From Euglena gracilis (Eukaryota), in NCBI GenBank assembly GCA_039621445.1, contig CP154954.1, positions 23,634,954 through 23,698,953 of the forward strand: a DNA stretch of 64,000 nucleotides, given 5' to 3'. Made by a program: the position numbers and the translations under genes. Under the pieces are notes generated by a model that saw nothing but the letters and a program-made list of their open reading frames with translations, did no database searches and was not told the origin of the DNA. Below, in pieces: positions 1-11,600 of this stretch; the first letter of the stretch is position 1; every line of letters starts with the position of its first letter.

Positions 1-510
1 CCACCATCTCACTCTTCTCGAATCCTCCCGGCTCAGCAGACCGATGCACCTTGTTGATGGAAGCAATCAAAAGCTTTCGCAAAGGGTCGGCCCCAGGCCC
101 TTCTGGCCTCCGACCCAGTCACCTTGAACAAATGATCCTGCCAGGTAACCCGAATGCCACGGAGCTCCTCCATCACCTAGACATCTTTGTACAGCAGGCC
201 TTGGAAGGAAAACTACCACTGACTATTGTACAACCCCTTGGAGCATCAAATTTGATTACAATGAAGAAAAAAAAACAATATCGAATAAAGCCATGGAAGA
301 AGATGAACTCCAAGCAATTGAAACCTTGCAATCATGGTGTCAACATGACAACGTTTTCAACGTATGGGACCTAGATGAGGAACATGCCGAAGAGTGTACA
401 GTGAGACCAATTGCTGCAGGAGAGACCCTCAGACGCCTCATTGGAAAGTGTGCAATGTCCCTTTCTGAAACCAAATTCGCGTCCCAAAAACTGCGGCCGT
501 TCCAACTGGG
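1..510 (+). pseudogene. CRE-clade non-LTR retrotransposon RT fragment (frameshifted, truncated)
   Basis: Motifs FRKGSAPGPSGLRPSHL, RPIAAGETLRRLIGK and RPFQLG across ORFs 51..374 and 293..598; the same motifs occur in the other CRE-like RTs of this window. Confidence 0.8.
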
Positions 511-703
511 GGGTCAGGGTTCCCCATGCCACGGAAAATATTCCCATCCATGTCCAAAGACTACTTGGGGGGCGTTTGGCCGGACCAACCTAGGGTGATG
601 CCTGAAAAATAAATGAAATTTTTCATTGAAAAATTTCAATTGAAAATTTGAAAAATATATTTTTTATTTTTCAAACTTGAAAAATATCATTCCCCTTTAC
701 ATA

Positions 704-1918
704 GGGGAGCACACGGCTGGCCGGCTGGCCGACGGCGTTACGGAAGCCAGGTCAGGTTGTCTATCTCATATGGGTAGCAAATGCCTAATTTGGCGTGCCA
801 GTTCCGAATTTTGAGAGGCAAATTCCTAATTTTGAGGAGGAAATCCCTAATTTCATGTGTAAATTCCTAATTTTGAGTGGCAAATGCCTAATTTTGTGTG
901 AAGTCCCATTTTCATGTGGAAAATGCACAATTTTGGTCGGCATGAGTGGCAAATATATATTTAAGGGTGAAAATTGCTTAAATTTAGCACCTAATGCCAA
1001 AATTTGCTTCATGAAATCTCTTTAAGGACCCCGGGGGGTGCTGGGCTAGGGCTAGAAATTTGGGCTGGCTAGAAATTTGGGCTGGCTAGCCCGCCCCCCC
1101 CCGGGGGGGGGGGGGGGGCTGGGCCCCGGCTGGACCCGAACCGGGGCGAGCTGGACTGAAATCGGAAAAGTGCCCAAAAATGACCTGCGAAACACAGTTT
1201 TGAAAAAATGATGCAGCTGAAACCCCGCAAAAAAGCCCCAAACGCCCCCCAAACCCCATTTTTGGCCACTTTTGAACACAGTTTTTCAAAAAAAATCGGT
1301 GCTTTGCGCCGAAAAATTTTGGGCTGGACTCCCCAAAAGGGGCTGGCTAGCTGGGCTAGCAGCACCCCCCCAGGGGGGGGGGTGCTGCTGCGGCTGGGCT
1401 GGGCCCAAATCGAGGCTGGCTGCAGCCGCCCCCCCCCAGGGGGGGTTCGAAAAACCTTAGAGAGATGTATGATGCAAATGCTTCATCTTGGGTGCCAAAT
1501 ATTAATTTCTGATGTTCGTTTTGAATTATCTTTCGAATTCTACAAGAGGGGCTACAATTTTTGAGTCATTTGAAACCATTTCACACAATATTTGAGCCTT
1601 CTTTTGCCCATTATTAGGTAAATTTTGCCAGTGGGACACCAGCTGAGCATTTTTTAGTCATTCGAATAATATGTAGGCAAATGACCCTTCACAATGACTC
1701 ACCCAAAAAAGGCCGAAATGGTCAAAATTGGTCAAAAAAGTCCAAAAATTGGCAAAATTGACAAAAAATGACGAAAAATGACTTCTAATGACCAAAAATG
1801 CAGCCTCCACCAACGATGAACATGACCTTGAAGGGAGATTGGTGGCGAAATTGTTTCTGCATTGCAAGGTTGTGGCTGGCCGACGGCTGGCCTACAGCTG
1901 GCCGACGGTGTGCTCCCC
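704..1918. mobile_element. Non-autonomous TIR element (composite, with nested insertions)
   Basis: GGGGAGCACAC at 704 and GTGTGCTCCCC ending 1918, with GGCTGGCCGACGG subterminal repeats at both ends; TSD not clear. Confidence 0.5.
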
Positions 1919-3108
1919 CATGCATGTTGGGAGCTGAAACAAGGGTGTGACACAAGACAATTCAAGTCTGGGAAGCTTTTCTTCCAAAAATTTTAAGGAA
2001 CCCTCCAAACCTTAAACCTTGCCAAAAATGCTAATTTTGGGCCCATTCTCCAATTTGTCTTGCATAGGGGTTGGTTCGGGACTCGGGAGGGGGGAGGAGG
2101 CACATTTTCTTTGGCGTCACCCAAATTGGAATGTGATCCAAAATTTGGAACCGGGACGCCTGCAATTTGAAGAACTTCTATCACATGCGGGTTTTGCACT
2201 GCCGTTTGATGGCCCAAGGGTCTCAAGTGTTATTCATTTGCACAGATATTCTTACACGAGGTCACAAAGGGGAGTCGCAGGGGGGTCACATGGGAGTCAC
2301 AAGGTTCACATGGGGAGCTACGGCATCCTTCTACGTCGTCACTAGATTTTTCCCCCCACTAGCCCTGATAGCAACCCCCCCCCCCCCGAGATCTTCTGGG
2401 ATTTCCAAGGCCAAATTTGGAATAGCCGCGGGCTTGGTGAATCATTTTCATTGGAGTATAAAAGGAAAATCACGATCTTGAACAGAAATTCACTGCACTT
2501 TAGAAGCTTCACAGCCCCCACCCTTGGGGTTGGTCAAATTCATTTTCCAAAGGCATGCGGGATTTCCTTTACGGGTCAAGGGCGAGGAACGATCACCTTC
2601 CTAAATTGGGATCGGTGGAGCCAAGGTGCACGGGGGAGGGGCTGGGACTCCATGTTCACTTCTGAACTGAATTGGACATGTTGACTTCCCGGAGTTGGGG
2701 GGGGGGGAAGTGCCTAAGGCGCCAAATTTTTTCTTGATAGAGAGCCTTAATCGGTGTGCGCCAGGCGGGTTTTGGACCCAGGTGGAGGCCGGTTTGACGG
2801 CCCTGTCTTCACCCGCGCGAAGCGCCTGCCGAGTCGCAAGGGTGCCATATTTCAATTTTGAGCCGTTGCCCGTGAGCAGAATGAAATGAAATGTTCGGAG
2901 TGTGCATCTTAATGTATACGTTGGTTGTCACCACCTGCCGTTGGACGGCCACGGGGCAGCTCATACTGCTTGCCGTGGCACGCCCTCAGGCGGGGAACTA
3001 CACCCAAGGTCCGGCCAACCAGTGTCTCGTCCTTGGGCGCAGTTACGCGCGCCGGTCGATCCCCGCGGTATGCCCTCTGCCCGTACGGGATCGACCAGGA
3101 CTCACACG

Positions 3109-3180
3109 GCGGGACCTGGGTCTCGAACCCACGACCTCCCGCGTGTGAGCCCAGCACCTTACCGAATAAGCTACTCGAGC
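3109..3180 (-). ncRNA. tRNA-derived (Val-CAC-like) Pol III module in left TRIM LTR
   Basis: Box A TAGCTTATTCGG, loop CTCACAC, box B GGTTCGAGACC at tRNA spacing; acceptor stem poorly paired. Confidence 0.65.
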
Positions 3181-3798
3181 GATACTCGGCTTGGTACTAC
3201 GCGCCGGCTACCAACCTCCGTAGGATCTCCCGTCTGCCGCACACACTCCCCTCCCAAGAGCCTTACTACACTAGCCCACTGCGTCACTATGGCCATGGAC
3301 CCTGCAGCTCGGGTTATGCCTCACACGGCCCTAGTTGGCTGAGTGCCTCTCACGAGTACTGCGTCACCAGGCTGCCGACCCCTGCAGCTCGGGTTTGCTA
3401 TTGCCGGCAGTTTACGTGTTGTCGACTTCCACGGGCTCTGCCGCCTTGGAGCGTCCCCCTTAGCATCGGCTTGAGGCTTTGGAACGGTGTAGGAGTTTCA
3501 GTCGCCCTAGACTCGGCGCGTCCGCCTCCGCCTTCCAGGCGTCGTGGGGTCAGGCTCTGACTTCCCGGTTCGTGTGGCATTAGACGGGTTCCCCTGCTAC
3601 CATGTATACGTTGGTTGTCACCACCTGCCGTTGGACGGCCACGGGGCAGCTCATACTGCTTGCCGTGGCACGCCCTCAGGCGGGGAACTACACCCAAGGT
3701 CCGGCCAACCAGTGTCTCGTCCTTGGGCGCAGTTACGCGCGCCGGTCGATCCCCGCGGTATGCCCTCTGCCCGTACGGGATCGACCACGACTCACACG

Positions 3799-3870
3799 GC
3801 GGGACCTGGGTCTCGAACCCACGACCTCCCGCGTGTGAGCCCAGCACCTTACCGAATAAGCTACTCGAGC
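3799..3870 (-). ncRNA. tRNA-derived Pol III module in right TRIM LTR
   Basis: Same sequence as 3109-3180. Confidence 0.65.
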
Positions 3871-4585
3871 GATACTCGGCTTGGTACTACGCGCCGGCTA
3901 CCAACCTCCGTAGGATCTCCCGTCTGCCGCACACACTTAAGCCCCGTGAAATCTTCTTCCGCCCTGTAGGCGTTTGCTTCCACAAAAAGACGTTGCGACC
4001 CCTTCGTCACGGCAAAATGGGGACCCCCCCTGGTGGCTGAGGGTCCTCGTCAGACGTGCCGAACCTCCATTGTGGGGTAGCTCTCCATGCGACCCTTGCG
4101 ACCCCTTGCTGACCCCGTGTGACCTTGAAATAATGGTCGGGAGGGGGCAACAGTTAGGGGGGGGGGTGCCCATCCTATGGACATGAGGGGTAAATTGAGC
4201 AACCTCCCCCCCCATATAAGACCCCCCCCCCATTATGTACCTCCCTCCGGGAGGCCGAAATTGGGGGGGAGGTACATAATGGGGGGGAGGTACACAATGG
4301 GGGGGGTACCCAGGTCCCATTCCCAGACCCGACCGAACAGCCCAAAAGGGGTCATTTTTGGCAACTTTTTGGATGTTCGCAATAAATGGTAAATTTTCAG
4401 CACATTTGCCAAATACAGACATGCGCCAAATTCCGTGGAACACTAATACTCGCGCTCCCTTTTTCTGAGGGGCTTTATTAAATTTATCTAAACCCCTCGG
4501 ACACGGCATAGCCGCGCAATAAAACCCCGCGTAATAATCCCCCGCAAAGTTGGTACCTTTGGTGATTCCTAATGCTATTTTTCTT

Positions 4586-4610
4586 TCTCTCTCAGTGTCC
4601 ATTTTTTTCG
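4586..4610 (+). other. Degenerate euglenid spliced-leader exon at the head of a repeat 5' end
   Basis: TCTCTCTCAGTGTCCATTTTTTTCG followed by ACATATCACATGGCCGAGAAGTGAAAGCCC, the same junction as the better copy at 40078-40102. Confidence 0.7.
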
Positions 4611-4697
4611 ACATATCACATGGCCGAGAAGTGAAAGCCCACGGAGGGGTTCAATTTACAAGTACTGGTCTAGTTGAAGTCCCTGGTGCAGTTCAAG

Positions 4698-7339
4698 TGA
4701 AAATACCGCTCTGCATTATTTACCGGTTGGATTAATACCGAAGTGATTTTTGAACGGAATTAATCCGAGCGATAACGGAGGCAGAGCGGATTTTGTCCGG
4801 CGGTATTAGGCGCAGGCTGTTCGCGAAGAAGAGCAACTGCTGATTAATCTGTTGTTACACACAAAATGTCGGATCACCTATGTGCCATCATTTGAACTGG
4901 TTCAAGCTGCACAGTTGGTCTCAGAGTTCCGTCCCGGACTTGTTTCAATTGGCCTGACTTCATTCTGTGCCTACGACCTTTTTCCTGAAGCTGCTGGAAT
5001 CCTGTGGTCCAAGCCTCTCCACTTACAGATGGTGACCACTTCTTTACGACCCTGGGATTCCTCGCCACCAACACGGCCGCATCTACCGCCACCTGTTGTC
5101 CGCCAGTCCACAAGTTACCAGAACCGCCTTCTTTCTGTATTTGGTTGTGGCCCTGTTCTGGTGCCAGTGGCTGTGCTGTGGTTGGCCCTGGCCCCCCCAT
5201 GGGGGGCGTTTGGCCGGACCAACCTAGCCGGCCGGCAGACCAACCTAGCCGGCTGCCAGACCAACCTAGCCAGCCAACATGCCGGCCATCCAGCCGTCCG
5301 TCCAGATGAAAGCCACTGTCGCTAGCCGCCCGGCCATCCAGACCAAACAATCCGCACGCCGCACGCCGTGATGGCTGGATAAGGACTGAATGTTTGCACC
5401 GTAAGCCAATTTCGTCCCGGCTGAATGTCGCCCGGGTGCACGTTCGGTCCGAAATAAGGCCTGTTCACTTTCACCCGTAGGAGCACCGGAAAAAAAGATT
5501 GCCGCTTGAAGCACCCCCCTTTCCAAAAGAAACTTCTGGCCATTGGTTCCCCTCCTTGAAAAAATATCGCCAACAAAACTGGCCTGAAACATGGCCACCC
5601 TTTGGTCGAAAAACTGGCCACCACAAACCCTCCAAAACTGACCCATTTGCAAGACTCAAAAACTGCACCCCCGATTTTTTAGCTTTCTTGAGCACAGAGT
5701 ACTGACAGAGCAAAAAAAGAACGCAAGAAAAAAAAAAACAAGTTTCAGAAGAAAACGAGCAGTTCAGGATAAAACGTTTCTGGTCAAAATCTGGCACCAT
5801 CTGGCCCAAAATGCCCCAAGGTCTGGCCCAAGATGGCACCAAACTGGGTGGGGGGGGAGAATGTTTTCAGAACAAGAACGCTGCAACAAAGCCTTTTCAA
5901 ATGCCCTTGGCAAAAAACAATTGAACAACCTTGTTGAACTGCAGAAAGCAAACGCGAACATTGCAACAAAGAGAGCACAAGACCGCAACAGACCCTCACA
6001 AAAACAGTTTTAAATCCTTCACTTCATTACTCATCGTCTCTTCTTGGTTCACCTTCTGCTTCTTCACACTTCAACCTGTGAGTCAAGGGTGACAGACGAA
6101 AGACAAAAAAAACATGCCACACAAGAGGGTGGGACTCAAAATTGTCACCCAGCGGACCAAATTTTGGAGAAAATGTCACATTTTTTAAAGTGGTCCAGAT
6201 ACACTAGAAAAGACCAATATAATAACTCTTCAAAAGACACTTTTGGATGGCGTACCTGCTTCAATGTTCAAAAAATCCTGCACCAATGCATTCCTCATCC
6301 TTCAAATAGCTTGTACCTGAAGTCAGAATAAAGATAAACAACGAATTCCAAGAGGGAGAAATACGTTTTTTCTGTACACAATTAGGAAATACCAGGCGTG
6401 GTCGCCTGCGCTAGACCTTTCGCGATTTTGAGACCAACCTAGCCGTCCGTCCGTCCAGCCAACATGCCCCCTGTCCAGCCGTCCGTCCAGATGAAAGGAA
6501 TTTTCTCTAGCCGTCCGTCCGTCCGTCCGTCCGTCCGTCCGTCCGTCCGCACAGCTCCATGGTCCACGACGGTCGTACACCGGTGGCCTGGGGATGTGCG
6601 CCTGGCCGGGCCTTTTACTGGACCACTACTCCTACATGGTCATCCACCACAGCTGCAGCAGTAAATGTCACTGGCCTGCATACTTTTTGCCTTGTGCATT
6701 GTGCTGTGTCCTTTTCCCAGTGCTGTAAAACTCTTACCGTAAAACATTCTGGTACATCTTTCAGCCTTCCCCACCCAATTTCCCCCAGATTTGGGACCCT
6801 TCAACTCTGAGAGGGATGTCGCCATCCCAAAAACTCGCTTCTGTGGCAGATGCCCCCCCTTGTGGGACAAGGCTCTCAGAACACTAACTGCCCCACCCCT
6901 GTCCCAGCTAAAGGAAAACGTAGTTTGGGCATCCCCCTATACCCCAAATTTTTTTTAAAAAAGCAACAAAACGAATTTTTTTAAACCTGCTCCCCCCACA
7001 GGGGCTGCATTCGGCTGCCTGGGGGGGGGGGGCGGGGTAATTGTGGGGGTCCTGAGGGGTGTCCCTTTATTTTTTAAGACCCCAAGGCCCCGCCCCCCAA
7101 GGTGAGGGGGTTTTCCTTTCCTCTCTGTTGCGGAAAAAAACATCACAAAGAACAAACACTGGATAAAAAAAGTGTTCGGCGCGGGGAGTTTCGTGTCGTG
7201 CAAAACGCCAGCTGCATGATCTTGATTACCATACCTTGCTTTTTGACGAGCGTAATTAATCCGCGCGGACACGCTCTGATGGCGTGATTAATCCGTTCGG
7301 TATTTATCCCTTCGGTATTCGTGCCATGCGGTATTTTCA
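4698..7339. mobile_element. Composite TIR-bounded element
   Basis: TGAAAATACCGC at 4698 and GCGGTATTTTCA ending 7339; related subterminal repeats; interrupts the SL-headed repeat. Confidence 0.55.
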
Positions 7340-7494
7340 TCCCTCCGGAGGGGTTCAATTTACAAGTAATGGTCTAGTTGAAGTCCCTGGTGCAGTTCAA
7401 GTACAAGTCAAGTGGAGTTCGGGAGGAAGCGGAGTGGGCCCATGGCCCAAAGCACACAGTCCCGGAAGGATAAATACCGGAACTGTTTGGCAAG

Positions 7495-7617
7495 TTGACC
7501 ACTGAGGCGAGTATGTGGAGATGGAGATGCACCACGAGGCTCTGAGCGAGGCTATCCCTGGCACAACCTTGGCTTCAACGCGCAGAACGTGTCTGTCAAA
7601 GATATTCCCCATGATTA
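7495..7617 (+). pseudogene. tef1: Elongation factor 1-alpha fragment, intronless, frameshifted
   Basis: Reads LTTE..VEMEMHHEALSEAIPG / GFNAQNVSVKDI, matching EF-1alpha LTTEVKSVEMHHEAL.EA.PGDNVGFNVKNVSVKDI. Confidence 0.85.
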
Positions 7618-8174
7618 TGCAGCTGGGGTCCCCACGGCCAGCCAGATACCAGCCAGACCTCCTCCTCCTCTTTTTTTCACCAGCCACCAGCCAGACCTCC
7701 TCCTCCTCTTTTCTCCGAGCCACCAGCCACGGCTAGCCGTGGCTGGCCGCGGCTGGTGCGCCTCCTCCTTTTTTTTTTTTAGTGCCTACCGGAGAGCGAA
7801 AATTAGCAGTAGGAAAAAGCACCATGGCGAAACCTCGCCGTTGTTTTTTACGCTCCACGGCTGCGCCCGCCAGGTTTATTCGCAACATCCATGCCTGCGG
7901 ATGTGTCAACGGCCGGCAATAGGAGCAGAGGTCAATGGAACCAGAAGTGAGTATAAACTAAACAAGACGAGCCATTTTTATGGTTGGGGAAACATTTCAG
8001 CAAAGTATTTCACGACAGCATATGAATATACACGGCACGAAAAAGCACCCCAAACAACACAAATTTTCCCCCAAAAACACACACACAAAACCGCTTTTGC
8101 GCACCCCCTCCTCCAAGAGAAACGGACCCAAACAACTCCCTCCTGCAAAAAGCCTGTGGCCCAAAACTGGCCAC

Positions 8175-8365
8175 TGGACGTCTCAGAATATTCTTTTGTT
8201 TTTATTGAAATCCTCGGATTCCCAATTTTTCTTGATATCCCAATTGTCCCCAAAGACGTAACACAATCAATGTTGAGACATAACCAGAGCCAGCAGTCTG
8301 CACAGGAGGAAAGGTTCGAATTAGGAATACAAAGTTCGGTTCAGGCGGTTAGTAAATAGTCCGCA
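8175..8365 (-). repeat. 3' LTR
   Basis: Direct repeat of 15035-15225. Confidence 0.97.
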
Positions 8366-8651
8366 CACGCCCCCCATGCCGGAGGACGCGGCGCCACAGG
8401 CACAGGACGAAACGGCATCACACCACAAACAAAATGGCTTTACTATGGTTCAAGCACGAATGAATGGTGTTCAACACGAATTGTCCACAAAAAAGGTTCA
8501 GAACGACAAATGTCAACACAAAGGAAGGTAAAAGAGGTTACTTCCGACGTTCACCGTGGTCCCTTCACTTCGTGGTTGGCTTGCCATTCAAAAGTAACAC
8601 AAACCTGGGCGAAACTCCTCGCATCAATGGCAGGTTTGTGACTGAAAGCCT

Positions 8652-11600
8652 TCAAAGGTTAGACAACAATCCACCCATGGCGAGGCGGGTTGGTGTCTCC
8701 TGACCCGAAAAACCATCCAAAAGGCCCCCTGGGGGGCTTGACTTTCCTCCCGCGTGACTGAAAGCACGATCAAAACATTTGGGGGGAGGCCAGGCTGTCT
8801 CTTGCGATGCCAACCCCCATTCGCATTCTGAAACGTCGCAAAACATTCTGAGCGCCTGGCGTAGGATCGATTGTAAATTGTGATCCACACAATAATTCTT
8901 GAAAACCTCATTCATTCTGCCTCCTGGTTGCACAAAGGAAGCCACAGGCTCCCATGTACTGCTGCTTGCCGGAAAATTCTCCCACCAAACCAAAAATTTC
9001 CATCCCCCTTGGTACTTGTGCTTCAAAATCTTGTAAACATTGTAAAAACCCAATTGTGCGTGTTCTTCTTCTGACATTTGAAGGGGGGGATCCCCTCCCT
9101 GGTCTGGCATGGGGGTGTCACCCTCCACTGGGTCTCCCACAACCACATCACCGGTCAAAAGGTCTGGGTCTTCTTCCAAAAGGCTTTCTTCATGCAAAGC
9201 AACCTCCCACTTTTTGCACAAACCCAAAGAGACATCAATGACCCCTCCCAAAGATGGACTGCTTGCAATTTGCACTGAATTGAACCTCGATTTGAGAACC
9301 CGAAAAGGTCCTTGCCAGGGGGGGGAAAGCTTGGGCCATGATTTGTTTGGCCATCTTTTGTTGTGCACCAAAACATAGTCATCTTCTTCAATTTTTGCTG
9401 GTACCCTCCCTTTGTTGGCACTCTCAAAATCTTTTTTCCTCAATTCTTTCAATCTCTGAGAAGCTTTTTCTTGAGTTTCCATCTGTGTCAAAAGCCAAGA
9501 ATGGGTTTCTGGATTTGTCACCGGTTCTGGGGGTAATTCCAACCTCCAAGCTGGTCTGCCCAAACACATTTCATGGGGTGACAACATTGTTGTGGGGGAA
9601 ATCTGCGAATTCATCAAAAATGTGCAATACAGGATCAGCTGCACCCAATTTTTGTCCTTGGAAGACAGACTCAATGCTCGCATATTCTGCAAGAACATTT
9701 TATTGACATTTTCAACCAAACCGTTTGATCGGGGGTTCCGGGGCAGAGAAAACGATAATTTCACGTCGAGAGCTTTCAGGGCTGTCTGGTAAAAACCACT
9801 GGGCTGTCTGAATCGCACGTCGTTGTCAGACCTCACAACAGACGGTTTTCCAAAAACAGAAATCCACCGGTCCAAAATAAGCCTCAAAACACCTTCTCCG
9901 GTTACCGTTTTCTGTGTGGGGATGAATTGGCAAAAATGGGACAAATTGTCGACCAAAGTCAGCACATAGTCAAAACCATTGTAGGGGTCCATTTGCACAA
10001 AATCCAAACACAAAACTTCATTGCTCACTGTTGGAATCGGTAAAGAACCCACCTTTCCACGGTCACTGGGGCGGTTTTGTTTTGAAAGGGTGCAAATTTC
10101 ACATGTCATCACAATGGCCCTGCAAATTTCCAACATGTCTTTCTTGGAAACCTTGGACTGAAAATGGCTCAAAAAGAACAACAAAGTCCTTTCAGCACCA
10201 ACATGGTTGCTTGCCTTGTGACATTCATCCAAACAAACCTTCAACAAATGAGATGGAACAACCAATTTTCCTTCACAATACATGGCCTTGGCAGATCTGA
10301 ACCAAAACTCATTGTCAATGAAACAGGGTTTTGAAACCTCCACTTTTTCCCAAAAATCCTTCAGCTCTGAATTCAAATAATCCTTTTCTGACACTTGCAC
10401 TCTGTGGGACAAACTGAAAATCTTCTGCAAAAACAGGTCAAGCTGCACATCCATTTTCTGAAAAGCGTTCCTTGCTTCTTCCTCAAAATGAATTTCAAAT
10501 TTGTTCTCAAAATCAGCACGAGACAAAAAATCACACAATTCATTTTTGCAACCTGCCACATGAACGATATTCAGTTTGAACTGGTGCAAAAACACATACA
10601 TCCTTCTCAGTCTTTTGTTGAGGGGGGGTTCACCCTTCAGGAAAGAGGTGGCTGCCTCATTGTCTGTCATCCACACAATTGGCAGATTTTGCAAAATCCT
10701 TGTTTGTGAAGCAATGGTCAGCACACCACTCAAAATTTCCTTTTCCCAGGTGGTGTATTTTTTTCTTGCCTCACTCCATTTCCAGTTGTAGTGGCCCAGG
10801 GGCACCAACCTCATTTCACTGGGGTAGTTGTTTTTCAGGGTTCCATCCACCTTCACACCACTTGTCCGAAAATTCTCAGGAATTTGTGTTTGTTGGAGGG
10901 TTTGCCACTGAAACAATGCTGAACCACCTCCCAAATCCGAACTGTCAGTCACCAAAACAATCTCTCCTGAACTCCTGGGGGTACCCAAAACATCAAGAGA
11001 AGACAATTTCCTTTTCAATGCATTCAAACAACTCTCCTCCTTTTCAGTCCATCTCCATTTCACATTCTTTTTCAGCAGATCTGTGAGCGGGGCTGAGTCA
11101 AAAGTAAAACCTTTCACGTGTCTGCGGTAGAAATTCATGGCTCCCAAAATTCGCCTCAAATCCCTTTGATTCTGAACTCGAAAACTCAGAATTGGTTCAA
11201 TGTTTCTTTTGTTTGCCTGCCACATTCCCCATCCCAACGAGAAACCCAAATAGTCAATGGACTGATTCAGAAAGGAACATTTGCTCAATTTGATTCTCAC
11301 TTGGTTCTTTCTGCAAACTTCAAACCACTTTTCCAAAAGATACAAATGATCCTCCTCAGAGTTTGCACCAACCCCTGTGTCATCAAAAAAAGAAGCCAGG
11401 TGTCCATCCTTCAAAATCTCTCTCACCCTCAAATCCGTTTTGCATTGGGAGGTTAGAATTTCCATCAGCTCCTGAAAAATTCCCGGTGCATTACTTAGGC
11501 CAAACATCATCCTTTTGGGACGAAAACACCTCCCAGATGGAATGCAAAATGCAGACAAATTTGCTGCTCTTTTTGTGATTGGGATTTGCCAATACCCACT

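Larger units (their letters stand above)
2913..3935 (-). mobile_element. TRIM (non-autonomous LTR retrotransposon) with tRNA-like sequence in its LTRs
   Basis: 333-bp TG..CA direct repeats 2913-3245 and 3603-3935 (one mismatch seen); 5-bp TSD CTTAA; minus-strand PBS TGGTAGCAGGGG next to the right LTR and PPT GGGAGGGGAG next to the left LTR; 357-bp non-coding interior. Confidence 0.93.

Noticed and set aside
1993-2750. Kolobok/piggyBac-type element between TTAA sites
   Set aside because: Terminal inverted similarity too weak to define the ends
2891-4040. ORFs of 140-210 aa over the TRIM
   Set aside because: GC-rich duplicated LTR sequence open in several frames; no recognisable domain
5800-6420. 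Transposase C-terminal remnant, with a diverged copy at about 19600-20290
   Set aside because: The duplication is real but the RWVTILSPT resemblance to hAT is too weak to call
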